From: an uncultured Rikenellaceae bacterium
Lineage (GTDB): Bacteria; Bacteroidota; Bacteroidia; Bacteroidales; VadinHA17
Length of the DNA stretch: 64,000 nt
NCBI GenBank assembly: GCA_964638545.1
Contig: CAZXAM010000005.1
Location: 30,847 to 94,846, forward strand
Direction: 5' to 3'
Shown here: in pieces, positions 19,089-28,886 of the stretch
Layout of the letters: every line of letters begins with the position of its first letter
Numbering within the stretch: position 1 is the first letter of the stretch
The notes under the pieces: generated by a model
The model's input: only the letters and a program-made list of their open reading frames with translations
The model's database searches: none
What the model was told of the DNA's origin: nothing
Translations under genes and position numbers: made by a program

Positions 19089-22000
19089 CTTCTCTTTAAT
19101 ATAACGAATCCGCTATCCTTCCAGGGGGCAAGGTCCGGAGCTTTTACCGGTGAACTCACCTTCAGCAGATAATAGTATGTTCCTTCCGGAAGCTCGTCTC
19201 CCTTCGAATCTTCTCCGATCCAGTCTTTCCATGCTCCATTGCCGTTTGCATTGGAGGTCGAGAAGACTTGCGTCCCTGCTCCGTTCAGAATTGTCAGTTC
19301 CACAATCTGGGTATCAAAATTAAGTCCCTTTATTTTTAGCGTATCATTTTTAGTGTCGCCGTTTGGAGATAGAAGCTGCGGAACCTGCAGATTAGAGACT
19401 ATATAAGTAACAATATCTTCCTCTTTGCATTCTCCGTTGACAACCGTCCATTTGTATTTGTTCACTCCGAGAGCGACACCTGTGACCCATGGATCAACAA
19501 TTTCATCATCGCTGAATTCCCCGAAGCCTTCACCGTCAACAAGGCTCCATTTGCCTGTCTCATATGACTGTATAGGATCAGCGTGAAGCCGGATTACATA
19601 ATCGGATGATCTGAAGTTTGAATCATCATCCCCTGCATTTATATTTACTATTTCATGATCAAATGAAACATTTATCGAGTCTTTGGAAGCACAGGTCCAG
19701 TTAACCTCTTCCCAGTAAAATTTATATGTCACTTTTGGTGCCGTGAACTCAGCAACGGTAACTGCTGGATTTGGTATCGAAGGATTGCCGGAAGTAACCT
19801 GCGCGGGAAATGTCCAGGTTCCTGTACCGTCAGAGGGCACTGCTGCAAGGGTTACAGATTTACCGCATACGACTAATTCCGGAGGTCCGGCATTTGCTGA
19901 CGGGATCCTGTAAACATCCGCTTTTCTGCTGCCCGTCATCCCGGACGCCGCAGCAGAACAATTGTTGTTGTCGGTAAGCGAGGTGATGGTGTAATTAAAT
20001 GTCGATTTGCCGCTTACCGGCGCCGGAGTTCTGCTGATGGTGAAATTTGAAGAAGAGATATTGGTTATTGTGGCCGGTGTTGAGTTTTCATTATAGACAA
20101 TTGTCCAGTTTTTTGCGCCTGTAACATGCACCCTTAGCTTTACTTCCTGTCCTCCGCAAATTGCTGTGTCAGCAGTTGAGATTATGGCTGCTGTCGGAAG
20201 AGTAAGCGTATCAATAGCGGCTATGTCAGATGTATCAATGCAGCAATCAGCAGGTCCTGATTTAATTATGCGCCTGTACCAGGTTTGTTTTGAAATGTTC
20301 CCGGACGGATCATAGTTCTGCGAGGCTGCCCCCGCTATGGTGGTAAATGCAACACCGTCCTGACTCTCCTGCCATAACCACGAAGGAACACCGCCGGCGC
20401 CGCCGGATAATGGTGATCCTGTTATCACACCAGGACTTGTGTTAAAGCAAACCTCAGATTTGTCGGGTGTGATTGTATTATTGAATATTGATGGCAGTAC
20501 TGTCACCCTGACAATATTGCTCAATGTCTTGCACGTGCCGGATGTAACCTCCCTGCGGAAATATTTGTCTGCTGAGAGCACCGGAGGATCATATTTAATC
20601 TGCGTTCCTGAAACAGCAACCGGATCATTGTTCGCACCAAAATTATCAGATGATGAATACCACTGGTATCCGAAGATGCTGTTGCCGCCCGCCGGCTGTT
20701 TTCCCCTTAACCAGCCGGGATTTCCTCCGTTGCATATTGTAGTATCAGCTTCTATGATATTATTAGTGATCGGATCATGAACATTCACCACTATCTTATT
20801 GCTTGCATTTGAACAAACTGAAGAATTCACAATCCTTCTGTACCAGGTTGTATCGACCAGTGAAGGCGGACCGTATGGAGTTCCTGAAGTTGATCTTGTG
20901 GTCCAGGATGCCGATTTGGAGCTGTCCTGCCACAAATAAGCATATGTATGATTACCCTGGGTTGGTGTGAGTCCCGTCAGCTGTGAAGGAGTGCTTCCTG
21001 AGCATATTGTCTGGGGAGATGCGATGATATTGTTCTCGATGGCCTGCCACATTGTAAGCATGATCGGTGATGCATAGCTTTTACAGACATCATCCGGACC
21101 GGAAAGGACCACCCTTCGGAAATACCTGTGTTCAACGGAGGCAAACATTGATTCAGCAGGATTGTGAGTTGATGTAGTATTGGTTCCGGAAGCCGGCTGC
21201 CAGGTGCCTGATGTAATACTGTCCTGCCAGAGATAAGTGAAAGCACCTGTACCTCCGCCGGGAGCCGAGGCGCTAAGATTTGTAAAAACTGATCCTTCGC
21301 ATATCACTGAATCTGTACGGTCTGTGATATTACCGGTTATCGAAGGAAGAACGGTTATCTTTACGCTTGTGCTGTAGTTCACGCACCTTCCGGAGGTGAC
21401 TTTGCGCTGGTAGTAAGTTGTTGCATTCAACGCCGGAGGATCATAAGAAGCCTGGCCAGACGTTCCTGATGCATTCGGCGATGATGTCCAGTTCAGATCA
21501 TTAAGATTTTGAAGCCACTGATATTCATACCTGCCGTTCCCGTTCGACGGACCTGCATTGAGAGGAATAAGGTTAAGAGGATTTTGTCCGTTGCAGATTG
21601 TAGTGTCTTTTCCAACAATGTTGCCCGTTATGGCAGGTGTCACATTTATCTGCACTGCTTTGCTGGTGTCGGTAAGGATTGATCCGTCATCTTTCACGAT
21701 TCTCCTGATCCAGAAGGTGTCTGCTTCTGCTGAAGAGAACGTGTAATTCTGTGATGAAGCACCGCCGATAAGAGACCATGGGCCTGAAGGAGAAGGGCTT
21801 TTCTGCCATGTATATGAATAAGTAGGTCCCGTACCCCCGACCGGAACGGTCCCGGTGATTGTCGGCGGATTATTGTCTGAGCATATTGAATCGACCAGGT
21901 TCTTAGTCACGGAAGAGCTGATCGAATTAAAGAGAAATCCGTTAAGGTAAGGAGCGAATGTAGTCACAAGCGAACCCGCATCGCCATTAGTACCTGTAAC

Positions 22001-23326
22001 TCCTCCTGTAGTGCCATACCTTGTTCCTCTGCTTCCGCCGGCAACAGATGATATTACATTAATGTTCAGGGGATTGCTTGTGGTGATCAATCCTCCGCCG
22101 CCCCCTCCGCCTTCTCCATAAGCAGCATCAGTATCTCCTCCTTTTCCACCACGGGAAGCTATACTAAGATTTGAATAACTCTGGGTATAGATTGCCACTG
22201 TCCCGCCTCCGCCTCCGCCTCCGGCGCTTGCATCTCCGCTTGCCCTGACTGAAGGCTGAGCCCCGTCGGCCAGGATGCTTTTTGTGTTGCCAACCAGGGA
22301 GTCGCACACGATAATAACCATTCCTCCACCCCTTCCGCCGTCACTTGCAACACCGCCTGCAAGATATGTAGGCCCTCCGCCGCCGCTCCCGGGGAATAAT
22401 ACTTTCTGGGAAACAAGGATTGAATGAAGCTCCTTGCCTCCGATTCCGCCGGAGTATTCTACATTACAATTCAGATTTTCCCTGCCTCCGTCACCGCCTC
22501 CAAGACCATAGTTTGCTCCTCCCCCGGCGCCGGAGAATCTGCCGCGGCTGCCTCCGCCTCCGGTAAAATTAGCTCCGTAGCCTTTGGCATATTTAGGATA
22601 AATAGGCGGTTTATTAAAGGCTGAAATAAATGCTCTCGATACGGGACTTTCTCCCTTGAAACCGCCGCTGTCGGATGCAGCAGTGTATGCAAGTTTTGAC
22701 ATCCCTGTTTCCTCAGCACAAAATCCGTTCGCCAGAACCTTGGCTCCTCCCAGGAATCCATTGCCTGAAACATTAATATCGGCATTAAGCGTAAGGGACT
22801 TACCTATTATTGAAACAAGAACGCCGCCTGTTCTTTTTGTGCTGTCCCACGGTGCACATGTAAGTGTAGAATTGACTATTGCCTCATGGTACGTAGGCAC
22901 TGTAACTACCTGAAGTCCGTCTGAGGGACTGAAGGTTGTGTTCAGGATATACCTTTTGAAGACGATTCTTTTTGTTGCTGATTCAACCGAGTCAACTATC
23001 AGGAATTCATGCTGTCCGGGTTTGCCGATAGGTCCCTGATAATTACCGAAGGAACCGGTTTCCGGTACGTCGATCATCAGCCCTTTCATCTGAATGAGCA
23101 TAACAGTATCGCCGTCGGTGTATTCGAAATCGGCAAACTGGCCCGAATTCACTCCATCGTCCTTGATGATCACATAATCGGTTCCCATTGACTGGACCCT
23201 GGCATATTTATTGATGACGCCGCCGAGTGATTTTGCCTGAGAAAACAAGGTATTATTAATACCCGGTAAAAGCAACAGACCAATAACTAAATACTTAATA
23301 TTGCCAGACAACCTTACTGTCATCAA
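19085..23326 (-). CDS. giant T9SS cargo/adhesin: Gly-rich N-terminal region, six ~95-aa Cys-containing tandem repeats, Ig-like region, and a type-B (gliding-motility-associated) C-terminal sorting domain
   Basis: A 1413-aa ORF with a signal peptide. The C-terminus PQLLSPNGDTKNDTLKIKGL...LPEGTYYYLLKV...GFVILKR matches the T9SS type-B CTD pattern. A PorP/SprF gene lies directly downstream. Confidence 0.85.
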   Translation of the reverse strand: MMTVRLSGNIKYLVIGLLLLPGINNTLFSQAKSLGGVINKYARVQSMGTDYVIIKDDGVNSGQFADFEYTDGDTVMLIQMKGLMIDVPETGSFGNYQGPIGKPGQHEFLIVDSVESATKRIVFKRYILNTTFSPSDGLQVVTVPTYHEAIVNSTLTCAPWDSTKRTGGVLVSIIGKSLTLNADINVSGNGFLGGAKVLANGFCAEETGMSKLAYTAASDSGGFKGESPVSRAFISAFNKPPIYPKYAKGYGANFTGGGGSRGRFSGAGGGANYGLGGGDGGRENLNCNVEYSGGIGGKELHSILVSQKVLFPGSGGGGPTYLAGGVASDGGRGGGMVIIVCDSLVGNTKSILADGAQPSVRASGDASAGGGGGGGTVAIYTQSYSNLSIASRGGKGGDTDAAYGEGGGGGGGLITTSNPLNINVISSVAGGSRGTRYGTTGGVTGTNGDAGSLVTTFAPYLNGFLFNSISSSVTKNLVDSICSDNNPPTITGTVPVGGTGPTYSYTWQKSPSPSGPWSLIGGASSQNYTFSSAEADTFWIRRIVKDDGSILTDTSKAVQINVTPAITGNIVGKDTTICNGQNPLNLIPLNAGPSNGNGRYEYQWLQNLNDLNWTSSPNASGTSGQASYDPPALNATTYYQRKVTSGRCVNYSTSVKITVLPSITGNITDRTDSVICEGSVFTNLSASAPGGGTGAFTYLWQDSITSGTWQPASGTNTTSTHNPAESMFASVEHRYFRRVVLSGPDDVCKSYASPIMLTMWQAIENNIIASPQTICSGSTPSQLTGLTPTQGNHTYAYLWQDSSKSASWTTRSTSGTPYGPPSLVDTTWYRRIVNSSVCSNASNKIVVNVHDPITNNIIEADTTICNGGNPGWLRGKQPAGGNSIFGYQWYSSSDNFGANNDPVAVSGTQIKYDPPVLSADKYFRREVTSGTCKTLSNIVRVTVLPSIFNNTITPDKSEVCFNTSPGVITGSPLSGGAGGVPSWLWQESQDGVAFTTIAGAASQNYDPSGNISKQTWYRRIIKSGPADCCIDTSDIAAIDTLTLPTAAIISTADTAICGGQEVKLRVHVTGAKNWTIVYNENSTPATITNISSSNFTISRTPAPVSGKSTFNYTITSLTDNNNCSAAASGMTGSRKADVYRIPSANAGPPELVVCGKSVTLAAVPSDGTGTWTFPAQVTSGNPSIPNPAVTVAEFTAPKVTYKFYWEEVNWTCASKDSINVSFDHEIVNINAGDDDSNFRSSDYVIRLHADPIQSYETGKWSLVDGEGFGEFSDDEIVDPWVTGVALGVNKYKWTVVNGECKEEDIVTYIVSNLQVPQLLSPNGDTKNDTLKIKGLNFDTQIVELTILNGAGTQVFSTSNANGNGAWKDWIGEDSKGDELPEGTYYYLLKVSSPVKAPDLAPWKDSGFVILKRR
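20204..21931 (-). repeat. six tandem ~92-98-aa protein-level repeats inside the adhesin gene
   Basis: Residues ~466-1041 follow a recurring pattern: I(T/x)GN(I)...(T)IC.G..P..L.G..P.GG.G.Y.Y.WQ.S....W......(S/T)..Y.P..L...T.Y.RR.V.SG.C...S..V.(I/V).V. Boundaries are approximate. Confidence 0.7.
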
Positions 23327-23378
23327 CAGATCAAATGAACTGCTAATATAACGATTTAATTATATTTATCGTGTGATA

Positions 23379-26300
23379 TCAATCATTATGAAAGGCTCCG
23401 GGACTTTCCACGGTGTACTTCAGAGGGAATTCAATATGGAAGACCGTACCCTTGCCTGCTTCTGATTCGAACCAGACTCTTCCTCCCGCTCCTTCAACAT
23501 ATCTCTTCACTATCGAAAGTCCGAGACCCATACCGGAGGATTTTGTTGTGAAATTCGGAGTGAACATTTTTTTCTTTAGATCTTCCGGTATTCCATTGCC
23601 ATTATCATGAACTAATATCACAACTTTATCCCTGACAATTTCTGTGACTACCGTCACAATTCCTTTCCTGCCGGGAGGTATTGCCTGTATGCTGTTTTTA
23701 AAGAGATTTGAAAAAATTCCGTTCAGCTGCTCCCTGTCGGCAAGAATGAAAATTTTGCTTTCATGAGGCCAGGTTACAATAAATTGCACATTATCAGTGT
23801 TCCTGAAAAGCTCCAGTGTGCTCCTTACCTGTTCCAGCAGATCGACTTCTGCCGGATTGGTTCCGGGCATTTTTGCAAAAGAAGAGAAAGCTGTTGCTAT
23901 AGATGAAAGATTGTCGATGTATTCAATCTGGTTCCTTGAAAAGTTTTCTATTTTATCACCGAAATCAGGAATTTTGTCTTTCCACGATTTTAAAAGTTGT
24001 TGCACATTAAGCTTCATTGGAGTCAGAGGATTCTTGATCTCGTGGGCTATTTGTTTTGCCATCTCCCTCCAGGCATATTCCCTCTCGGTATCGGCCAGCT
24101 TCCTGGCACTTTCATCAAGCTCATCGACCATACTGTTATACTGCTTCACGAGTTCACCTATCTCATCCGAGCCTTTATATCCCAGGTGCTCGCTTTTCTT
24201 GCCAAGCTTAACAGATGCCAGTCCCTCGCTAAGCATGGTAAGCGGAGATGTCAGCCTTCCGCTGATGAATACTGCCAGACTCATGGTTATGATTATCAGA
24301 AGCAGCGTGAAATTAATGACAGCAACAACCAGGTTCGAGATATCCCTGGCTAGAAGGCTCTGCATCCTGAAGTATGGAAGGTTCAGATAGACCAGAACAT
24401 CCTTATCCACATTGAAGAAGGGAACATAGACCGAAGTATACTTCAGCTTTCCGATCATCTCAGTCTGCGAATAAAAGCTTCTGGTTTCATACCTCAGGTG
24501 GTTCCATGCCATATTGTTTATCCTGAGCCCTGTCAATTCCCTGGTAAAGATCTCCTCCCGCGAGGTTGCGATCAGATATCCATTCAGGTCATAAAGATTG
24601 ATATCAGTGTTGAAAATATTCGACAGCCTTATAAGCATTTCATTCAGTGAGGAATAGTTGGCGCTTCTCCAGTCGGGCCGCAGAACCTTCTCTCCTGCTA
24701 TCTTGTTTTCAAGCTCCAGATAAATTGAATTGAGCTTTTCGGTTATATTGTCACTATGCCTCGACCTGTACTCTTTAATTGTAATTGATGATACAACGAC
24801 GCCGATCAGCATGAACGAAAGCAGAAGTATTGTTATGAAAGAAAGCTGAAGCTTCTGCCTGAAATTGAGCATTGAGAATTTCCTGATGCCCGGTCTTCGG
24901 ATCAGAAGCATCAGAAGATTGGTGAACACGAAAGTGAATCCGAAAAGATAGGCCAGAGTGATCAGTATATTGCCGGCATTGATTTCCGGCCTGCTTATAA
25001 TAACAGTTGCATTTCCGTTCCTGTACAGAATATGATTGAATTTTTCTTCAGAAAAGATCCGGTAATCCGAAACTTCGTCGATATAGTCAACATCAGACTT
25101 ATTGTAGGCGAAATCGCCGGATTTCAGAACAATGTCCCCATTGATATACTTAACAAAGGAGTAGTCTCTTAAACCAGAATATCCTCTGAATTTTTTATCG
25201 AGCAGAAGCTCTGAGTAGCCGGGCTGGAATACATCAATATTCCCATAAAGCTCGATGAATAAGCCGTTTGTATAAGTCCCTTCCTGCTTGTAGAACAATT
25301 GTCCCAGGTAGTATGAGCGGCCTCCCTGATTTTCGATGAACCAGAATCCCGTTCCGGAAAGCTGATGTCCGTATTTCCTGATCCGTTCATTAAAGAAGCC
25401 AAAGCAATTGTCGACCAGTTCCACTGTCTGCCCTATCTGCAGAGGATCATCATTCCTGCAGAGAGTGACCGTGTAATTATAGTTTCCCCAGTATCCGTTT
25501 AAATATGTATCGCTCAGGTAGGCAATGATCGAGGCATCGTTGTCCTGAAAGAATTTATCGTCCATCATTCTTTTCAGGGTTGAATCCTTTATCATCTCAG
25601 GCCACATATCGAGCAGAATATGTTCAGCTTCAGGATCATTTTCAGCTGATAGCGTAAGCGCCTGGATCTTCATGTTCTCTGTCGTCTTCTTTTCGGAGTT
25701 TACCAGGATCATCCCGAGAGCATAGAGCCCAAAAGCAATTGAAAAGGCCGCTGTCATATTAAATATGTTTCTATGCCCTCCGGTTTCACTGTCTGCATTG
25801 GAGTTCTTCCCTGATGCTTTCCATAATATTACAGCTTTGACAATTAATAATAAGGGTACTATGGCGAGAAGGATTACCGATGTAAATCCTGCAAAGCTGT
25901 AAAAGTTAAGCTTCAGAACTTTATAAGCCTCAAAGCTTATATTGGAATCCGTAATAAGGCGGCTGAACAGAAAATGGATTGCAATAATGGCAGCAACTGC
26001 TGAAGTGATCAACAAAGCTACTACCATTATCTTTTTCAGCCGGCTTGCATCTGTACGCGAATTCTTCCCCAGGTAACTGAAAAGAATAAATGTGAAGTCG
26101 GCAGCCAGAATACTCAGAATTGTAAGATGTCCAAGCGAAGGAATAAATCCGTTTAGTGAAAAGATATGGGATGAGAATAGTTCCGTTCTGAAAACAACTT
26201 CCGGCTTTGCGTAGAAAAGAAGGAATATGTAGATAAGTCCGAACACAATGAAGCTGATCAGTAAGCCTGTATTCGTAAAGCCCCTCTCAGAAAGGTACTT

Positions 26301-26996
26301 AACGACATCATTCGAAAGGAGAACAAACAGGATGAAAAGAACAGCCCAGAATATGAGCGGAATTAGAATATATCCGGTATTGCTTTTAACTTCAGGGAAA
26401 GAAAGGGAGAAGAGGTATTCTCCTTCCGTGTTGAGAACCCTGTAGCCGGATCCATTGTCTGCAATGCTTAAACCGGCGTCGGCAGGCATTTTGAAATGCC
26501 TGACAAATCCGTTCCTGATTATTTCGTTCTCGAACCCGAAATCAGTGCTCACTCTGAGTAATCCGACAATTACTTCATTGCCTGCTTTTACCGATTCAGG
26601 AAGGAACCATCCGTTCTGAAGAAAAATAAATTGTTTTGAATATGTTGTATCATTTAATTCCAGTGGCACATCGAACGCATTATCCGACCACCAGATCAGC
26701 TTATTGTCGAGGTATTCCAGAATAGTAATCTCATTTTCCGCGGCAATGGAAAATATATTGTTTTCAGAATCAGAACCGTGATGATCTCCTGCAGAGATAA
26801 CAGGTTCCAACAGCTTCAGGCAGTCTTTCATTATTTTCTCCTTCTCCCTGAGTATACTGTTGAACCGCTTTGTCCTCAGCTGATATTCGAAATCGCTGAA
26901 ATAAATGAATTCGCTAACCAGGGCCAGTGCAAAAACCACGAGGGTTATCAGAAGAAATATCCATGTCCGCTTCTTGTTTTCCATACTCTGAAGCAA
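23379..26996 (-). CDS. large multi-TM sensor histidine kinase (HAMP + HisKA + HATPase_c), with no cognate response regulator in the window
   Basis: A 1205-aa ORF with the H-box REMAKQIAHEIKNPLTPM, an N-box (NLFKNSIQA) and G-boxes (DNGNGIP, GMGLGLSIV). The N-terminal ~700 aa carry many TM helices and two extracytoplasmic regions. Confidence 0.85.
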   Translation of the reverse strand: MLQSMENKKRTWIFLLITLVVFALALVSEFIYFSDFEYQLRTKRFNSILREKEKIMKDCLKLLEPVISAGDHHGSDSENNIFSIAAENEITILEYLDNKLIWWSDNAFDVPLELNDTTYSKQFIFLQNGWFLPESVKAGNEVIVGLLRVSTDFGFENEIIRNGFVRHFKMPADAGLSIADNGSGYRVLNTEGEYLFSLSFPEVKSNTGYILIPLIFWAVLFILFVLLSNDVVKYLSERGFTNTGLLISFIVFGLIYIFLLFYAKPEVVFRTELFSSHIFSLNGFIPSLGHLTILSILAADFTFILFSYLGKNSRTDASRLKKIMVVALLITSAVAAIIAIHFLFSRLITDSNISFEAYKVLKLNFYSFAGFTSVILLAIVPLLLIVKAVILWKASGKNSNADSETGGHRNIFNMTAAFSIAFGLYALGMILVNSEKKTTENMKIQALTLSAENDPEAEHILLDMWPEMIKDSTLKRMMDDKFFQDNDASIIAYLSDTYLNGYWGNYNYTVTLCRNDDPLQIGQTVELVDNCFGFFNERIRKYGHQLSGTGFWFIENQGGRSYYLGQLFYKQEGTYTNGLFIELYGNIDVFQPGYSELLLDKKFRGYSGLRDYSFVKYINGDIVLKSGDFAYNKSDVDYIDEVSDYRIFSEEKFNHILYRNGNATVIISRPEINAGNILITLAYLFGFTFVFTNLLMLLIRRPGIRKFSMLNFRQKLQLSFITILLLSFMLIGVVVSSITIKEYRSRHSDNITEKLNSIYLELENKIAGEKVLRPDWRSANYSSLNEMLIRLSNIFNTDINLYDLNGYLIATSREEIFTRELTGLRINNMAWNHLRYETRSFYSQTEMIGKLKYTSVYVPFFNVDKDVLVYLNLPYFRMQSLLARDISNLVVAVINFTLLLIIITMSLAVFISGRLTSPLTMLSEGLASVKLGKKSEHLGYKGSDEIGELVKQYNSMVDELDESARKLADTEREYAWREMAKQIAHEIKNPLTPMKLNVQQLLKSWKDKIPDFGDKIENFSRNQIEYIDNLSSIATAFSSFAKMPGTNPAEVDLLEQVRSTLELFRNTDNVQFIVTWPHESKIFILADREQLNGIFSNLFKNSIQAIPPGRKGIVTVVTEIVRDKVVILVHDNGNGIPEDLKKKMFTPNFTTKSSGMGLGLSIVKRYVEGAGGRVWFESEAGKGTVFHIEFPLKYTVESPGAFHND

Positions 26997-27000
26997 TATC

Positions 27001-27474
27001 CTATTCGTGATGATAAGGTTCGCCCTTGATTATCGTAAACGCCCGGTAAAGTTGTTCAGTAAACAATAATCGTACCAGCTGGTGAGGAAAAGTCATCTTC
27101 GACAGGGAGATCGAGAATCCGGCGCTTTCGATGACCTCATCTGAAAACCCCCAGGGTCCTCCGACAACAAAAACAAGGCGTTTGCCCTGAATCTGCGATT
27201 TGGTTTCAAGCCACGCTGCGAAATCTGCTGTTCTGAACTCTTTCCCTCTCTCATCAAGCAATATGGCAATGTCATCCTTCCCCAGAAACTCCAGAATCTT
27301 TTTCCCTTCCCGTATCTTCTGTTCCTTTAGAGGCATTTTCCGCGCATCCTTAAGTTCAGGGATGGTGATGATTTCGAATTTGCAGTATTTTTTTAACCGC
27401 CCGGCATAGATCTCAACACCGTCAGCTATATGCTTTTCAGTTGTTTTGCCTGTCAGCAGAAGAACTATCCTCAT
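27001..27474 (-). CDS. rlmH: 23S rRNA (pseudouridine1915-N3)-methyltransferase RlmH
   Basis: A 157-aa SPOUT-fold protein with the pattern LDERGKEF...VFVVGGPWGF...LSLSKMTFPHQL.R..L.EQLYRA..I..GEPYH. Confidence 0.85.
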   Translation of the reverse strand: MRIVLLLTGKTTEKHIADGVEIYAGRLKKYCKFEIITIPELKDARKMPLKEQKIREGKKILEFLGKDDIAILLDERGKEFRTADFAAWLETKSQIQGKRLVFVVGGPWGFSDEVIESAGFSISLSKMTFPHQLVRLLFTEQLYRAFTIIKGEPYHHE

Positions 27475-27523
27475 AAATATTGGCGCGACTTTTGTAAATA
27501 CTACATCTGCAATGGGTACATTG

Positions 27524-27531
27524 CAAAAGTA
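27524..27531 (-). promoter_or_regulatory. candidate -7 box (TACTTTTG) for rlmH and the histidine kinase
   Basis: The minus strand reads TACTTTTG, 50 nt upstream of the rlmH ATG. It is immediately followed by the palindrome TGCAATG-N4-CATTGCA (27508-27525). Confidence 0.4.
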
Positions 27532-27600
27532 TAATTAATAATGTGTCCCCGCAATTTTAATATATTGAGAAACACGATGGTTTTCTTTTGCTAATTATAT

Positions 27601-27608
27601 TAAATTTG
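27601..27608 (+). promoter_or_regulatory. candidate -7 box (TAAATTTG) for the small secreted protein / nadC unit
   Basis: It matches TAnnTTTG. Its position argues that the ORF really starts at ATG 27647 rather than GTG 27608. Confidence 0.4.
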
Positions 27609-27646
27609 TGTGGATATACTCAGGACATGCAAAAATTAAGGATCGA

Positions 27647-28051
27647 ATGAACATATTTAACATTTTTACGGTGATTATCCTGATGCTTGGCGGCAGTAAT
27701 CTCTCTGACCAGGAACAGGCAAAAATACCTGCGGGGATATCCGTTGCCTTTAAGGCAGGAAATGCTTCTGAATTATCAAAATACCTTAATCCGACAGTCG
27801 AGCTTCTTCTGCCAGAAAAGGAGGATTTCTACAAGAAAAATGTGGCTGAAGCCATTCTGAAGGACTTTTTCTCTACACATCCCGCAAAGGATTTTGTTAT
27901 ACGTTACCAGGGTGTAAAGAATGATGTACAATATGCCATCGGCAACCTGAAGACTGAAAAAGGCGATTTCAGAGTCTATTTCCTGATGAAAAAAGTCGAT
28001 CAGGAGCTTTTGATACACCTTATCCGGATAGATCTCGAAAATGGAAAATAG
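27647..28051 (+). CDS. small secreted protein (resembles the DUF4783-type protein often found upstream of nadC in Bacteroidota)
   Basis: The ORF track gives 27608..28051. The signal peptide begins at MNIFNIFTVIILMLGG (ATG 27647). It overlaps the nadC start by 11 nt. The family call is from memory only. Confidence 0.5.
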   Translation: MNIFNIFTVIILMLGGSNLSDQEQAKIPAGISVAFKAGNASELSKYLNPTVELLLPEKEDFYKKNVAEAILKDFFSTHPAKDFVIRYQGVKNDVQYAIGNLKTEKGDFRVYFLMKKVDQELLIHLIRIDLENGK

Positions 28052-28883
28052 GATTCTCAGGGAATTCATCTTAAGAAGTGTCGGTGAAGATCTGGGAGAC
28101 GGTGATCATTCATCACTGGCCTGCATACCATGGGAAGCAACCGGCAGGGCAAAACTCCTGGTCAAGGAAGAGGGTATGCTGGCAGGGGTAAACGTGGCCC
28201 GGGAAATATTCCACACAATCGATGAAGAACTAAGCTGTGAAATACTGATCGATGACGGGAAAAAAATAATACCCGGAGATATAGTCTTTTATGTTTCCGG
28301 AAAACAGCAATCCATTTTGAAATCTGAGCGCCTTGTGCTGAATGTGATGCAGAGAATGAGCGGGATTGCCACAAGCACAAATCAGTATGTCAGCCGGGTC
28401 GAAGGTACAAAGTCAAAGATTCTCGACACCCGCAAAACAACACCGGGAGTGAGGTTCCTCGAGAAGGAGGCTGTCAGGATTGGCGGTGGAGTGAACCACA
28501 GGATGGGCCTTTTTGATATGATTATGCTGAAGGATAATCATATCGTATATGCCGGAGGCATTGAAACAGCAATAAGCAAGACCAGGGAATACCTTGCAAA
28601 GAATAACAGAAAGCTTAAAATAGAAATTGAAGCAAGGAATCTCGATGATGTCAGAAGAATAATGGCCGCCGGAGGAGTCAACCGCATAATGCTCGACAAT
28701 TTCACTATTGAAGATACTTTAACCGCAGTGAACATTATTAAAGGCCGATACGAAACCGAATCATCGGGAGGGATAACTCTGGAGACAGTTCGCGCTTATG
28801 CCGAATGCGGAGTCGACTTCATTTCGGTAGGAGCGCTCACACATCATATACGAAGCCTCGACATGAGTCTCAAAGCCGTCTAA
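28041..28883 (+). CDS. nadC: nicotinate-nucleotide diphosphorylase (carboxylating)
   Basis: A 280-aa ORF with quinolinate phosphoribosyltransferase motifs: ILDTRKTTPG.R.LEK.AV..GGG.NHR.GL.D..MLKDNH and SGGI. Confidence 0.9.
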   Translation: MENRILREFILRSVGEDLGDGDHSSLACIPWEATGRAKLLVKEEGMLAGVNVAREIFHTIDEELSCEILIDDGKKIIPGDIVFYVSGKQQSILKSERLVLNVMQRMSGIATSTNQYVSRVEGTKSKILDTRKTTPGVRFLEKEAVRIGGGVNHRMGLFDMIMLKDNHIVYAGGIETAISKTREYLAKNNRKLKIEIEARNLDDVRRIMAAGGVNRIMLDNFTIEDTLTAVNIIKGRYETESSGGITLETVRAYAECGVDFISVGALTHHIRSLDMSLKAV

Positions 28884-28886
28884 CCT

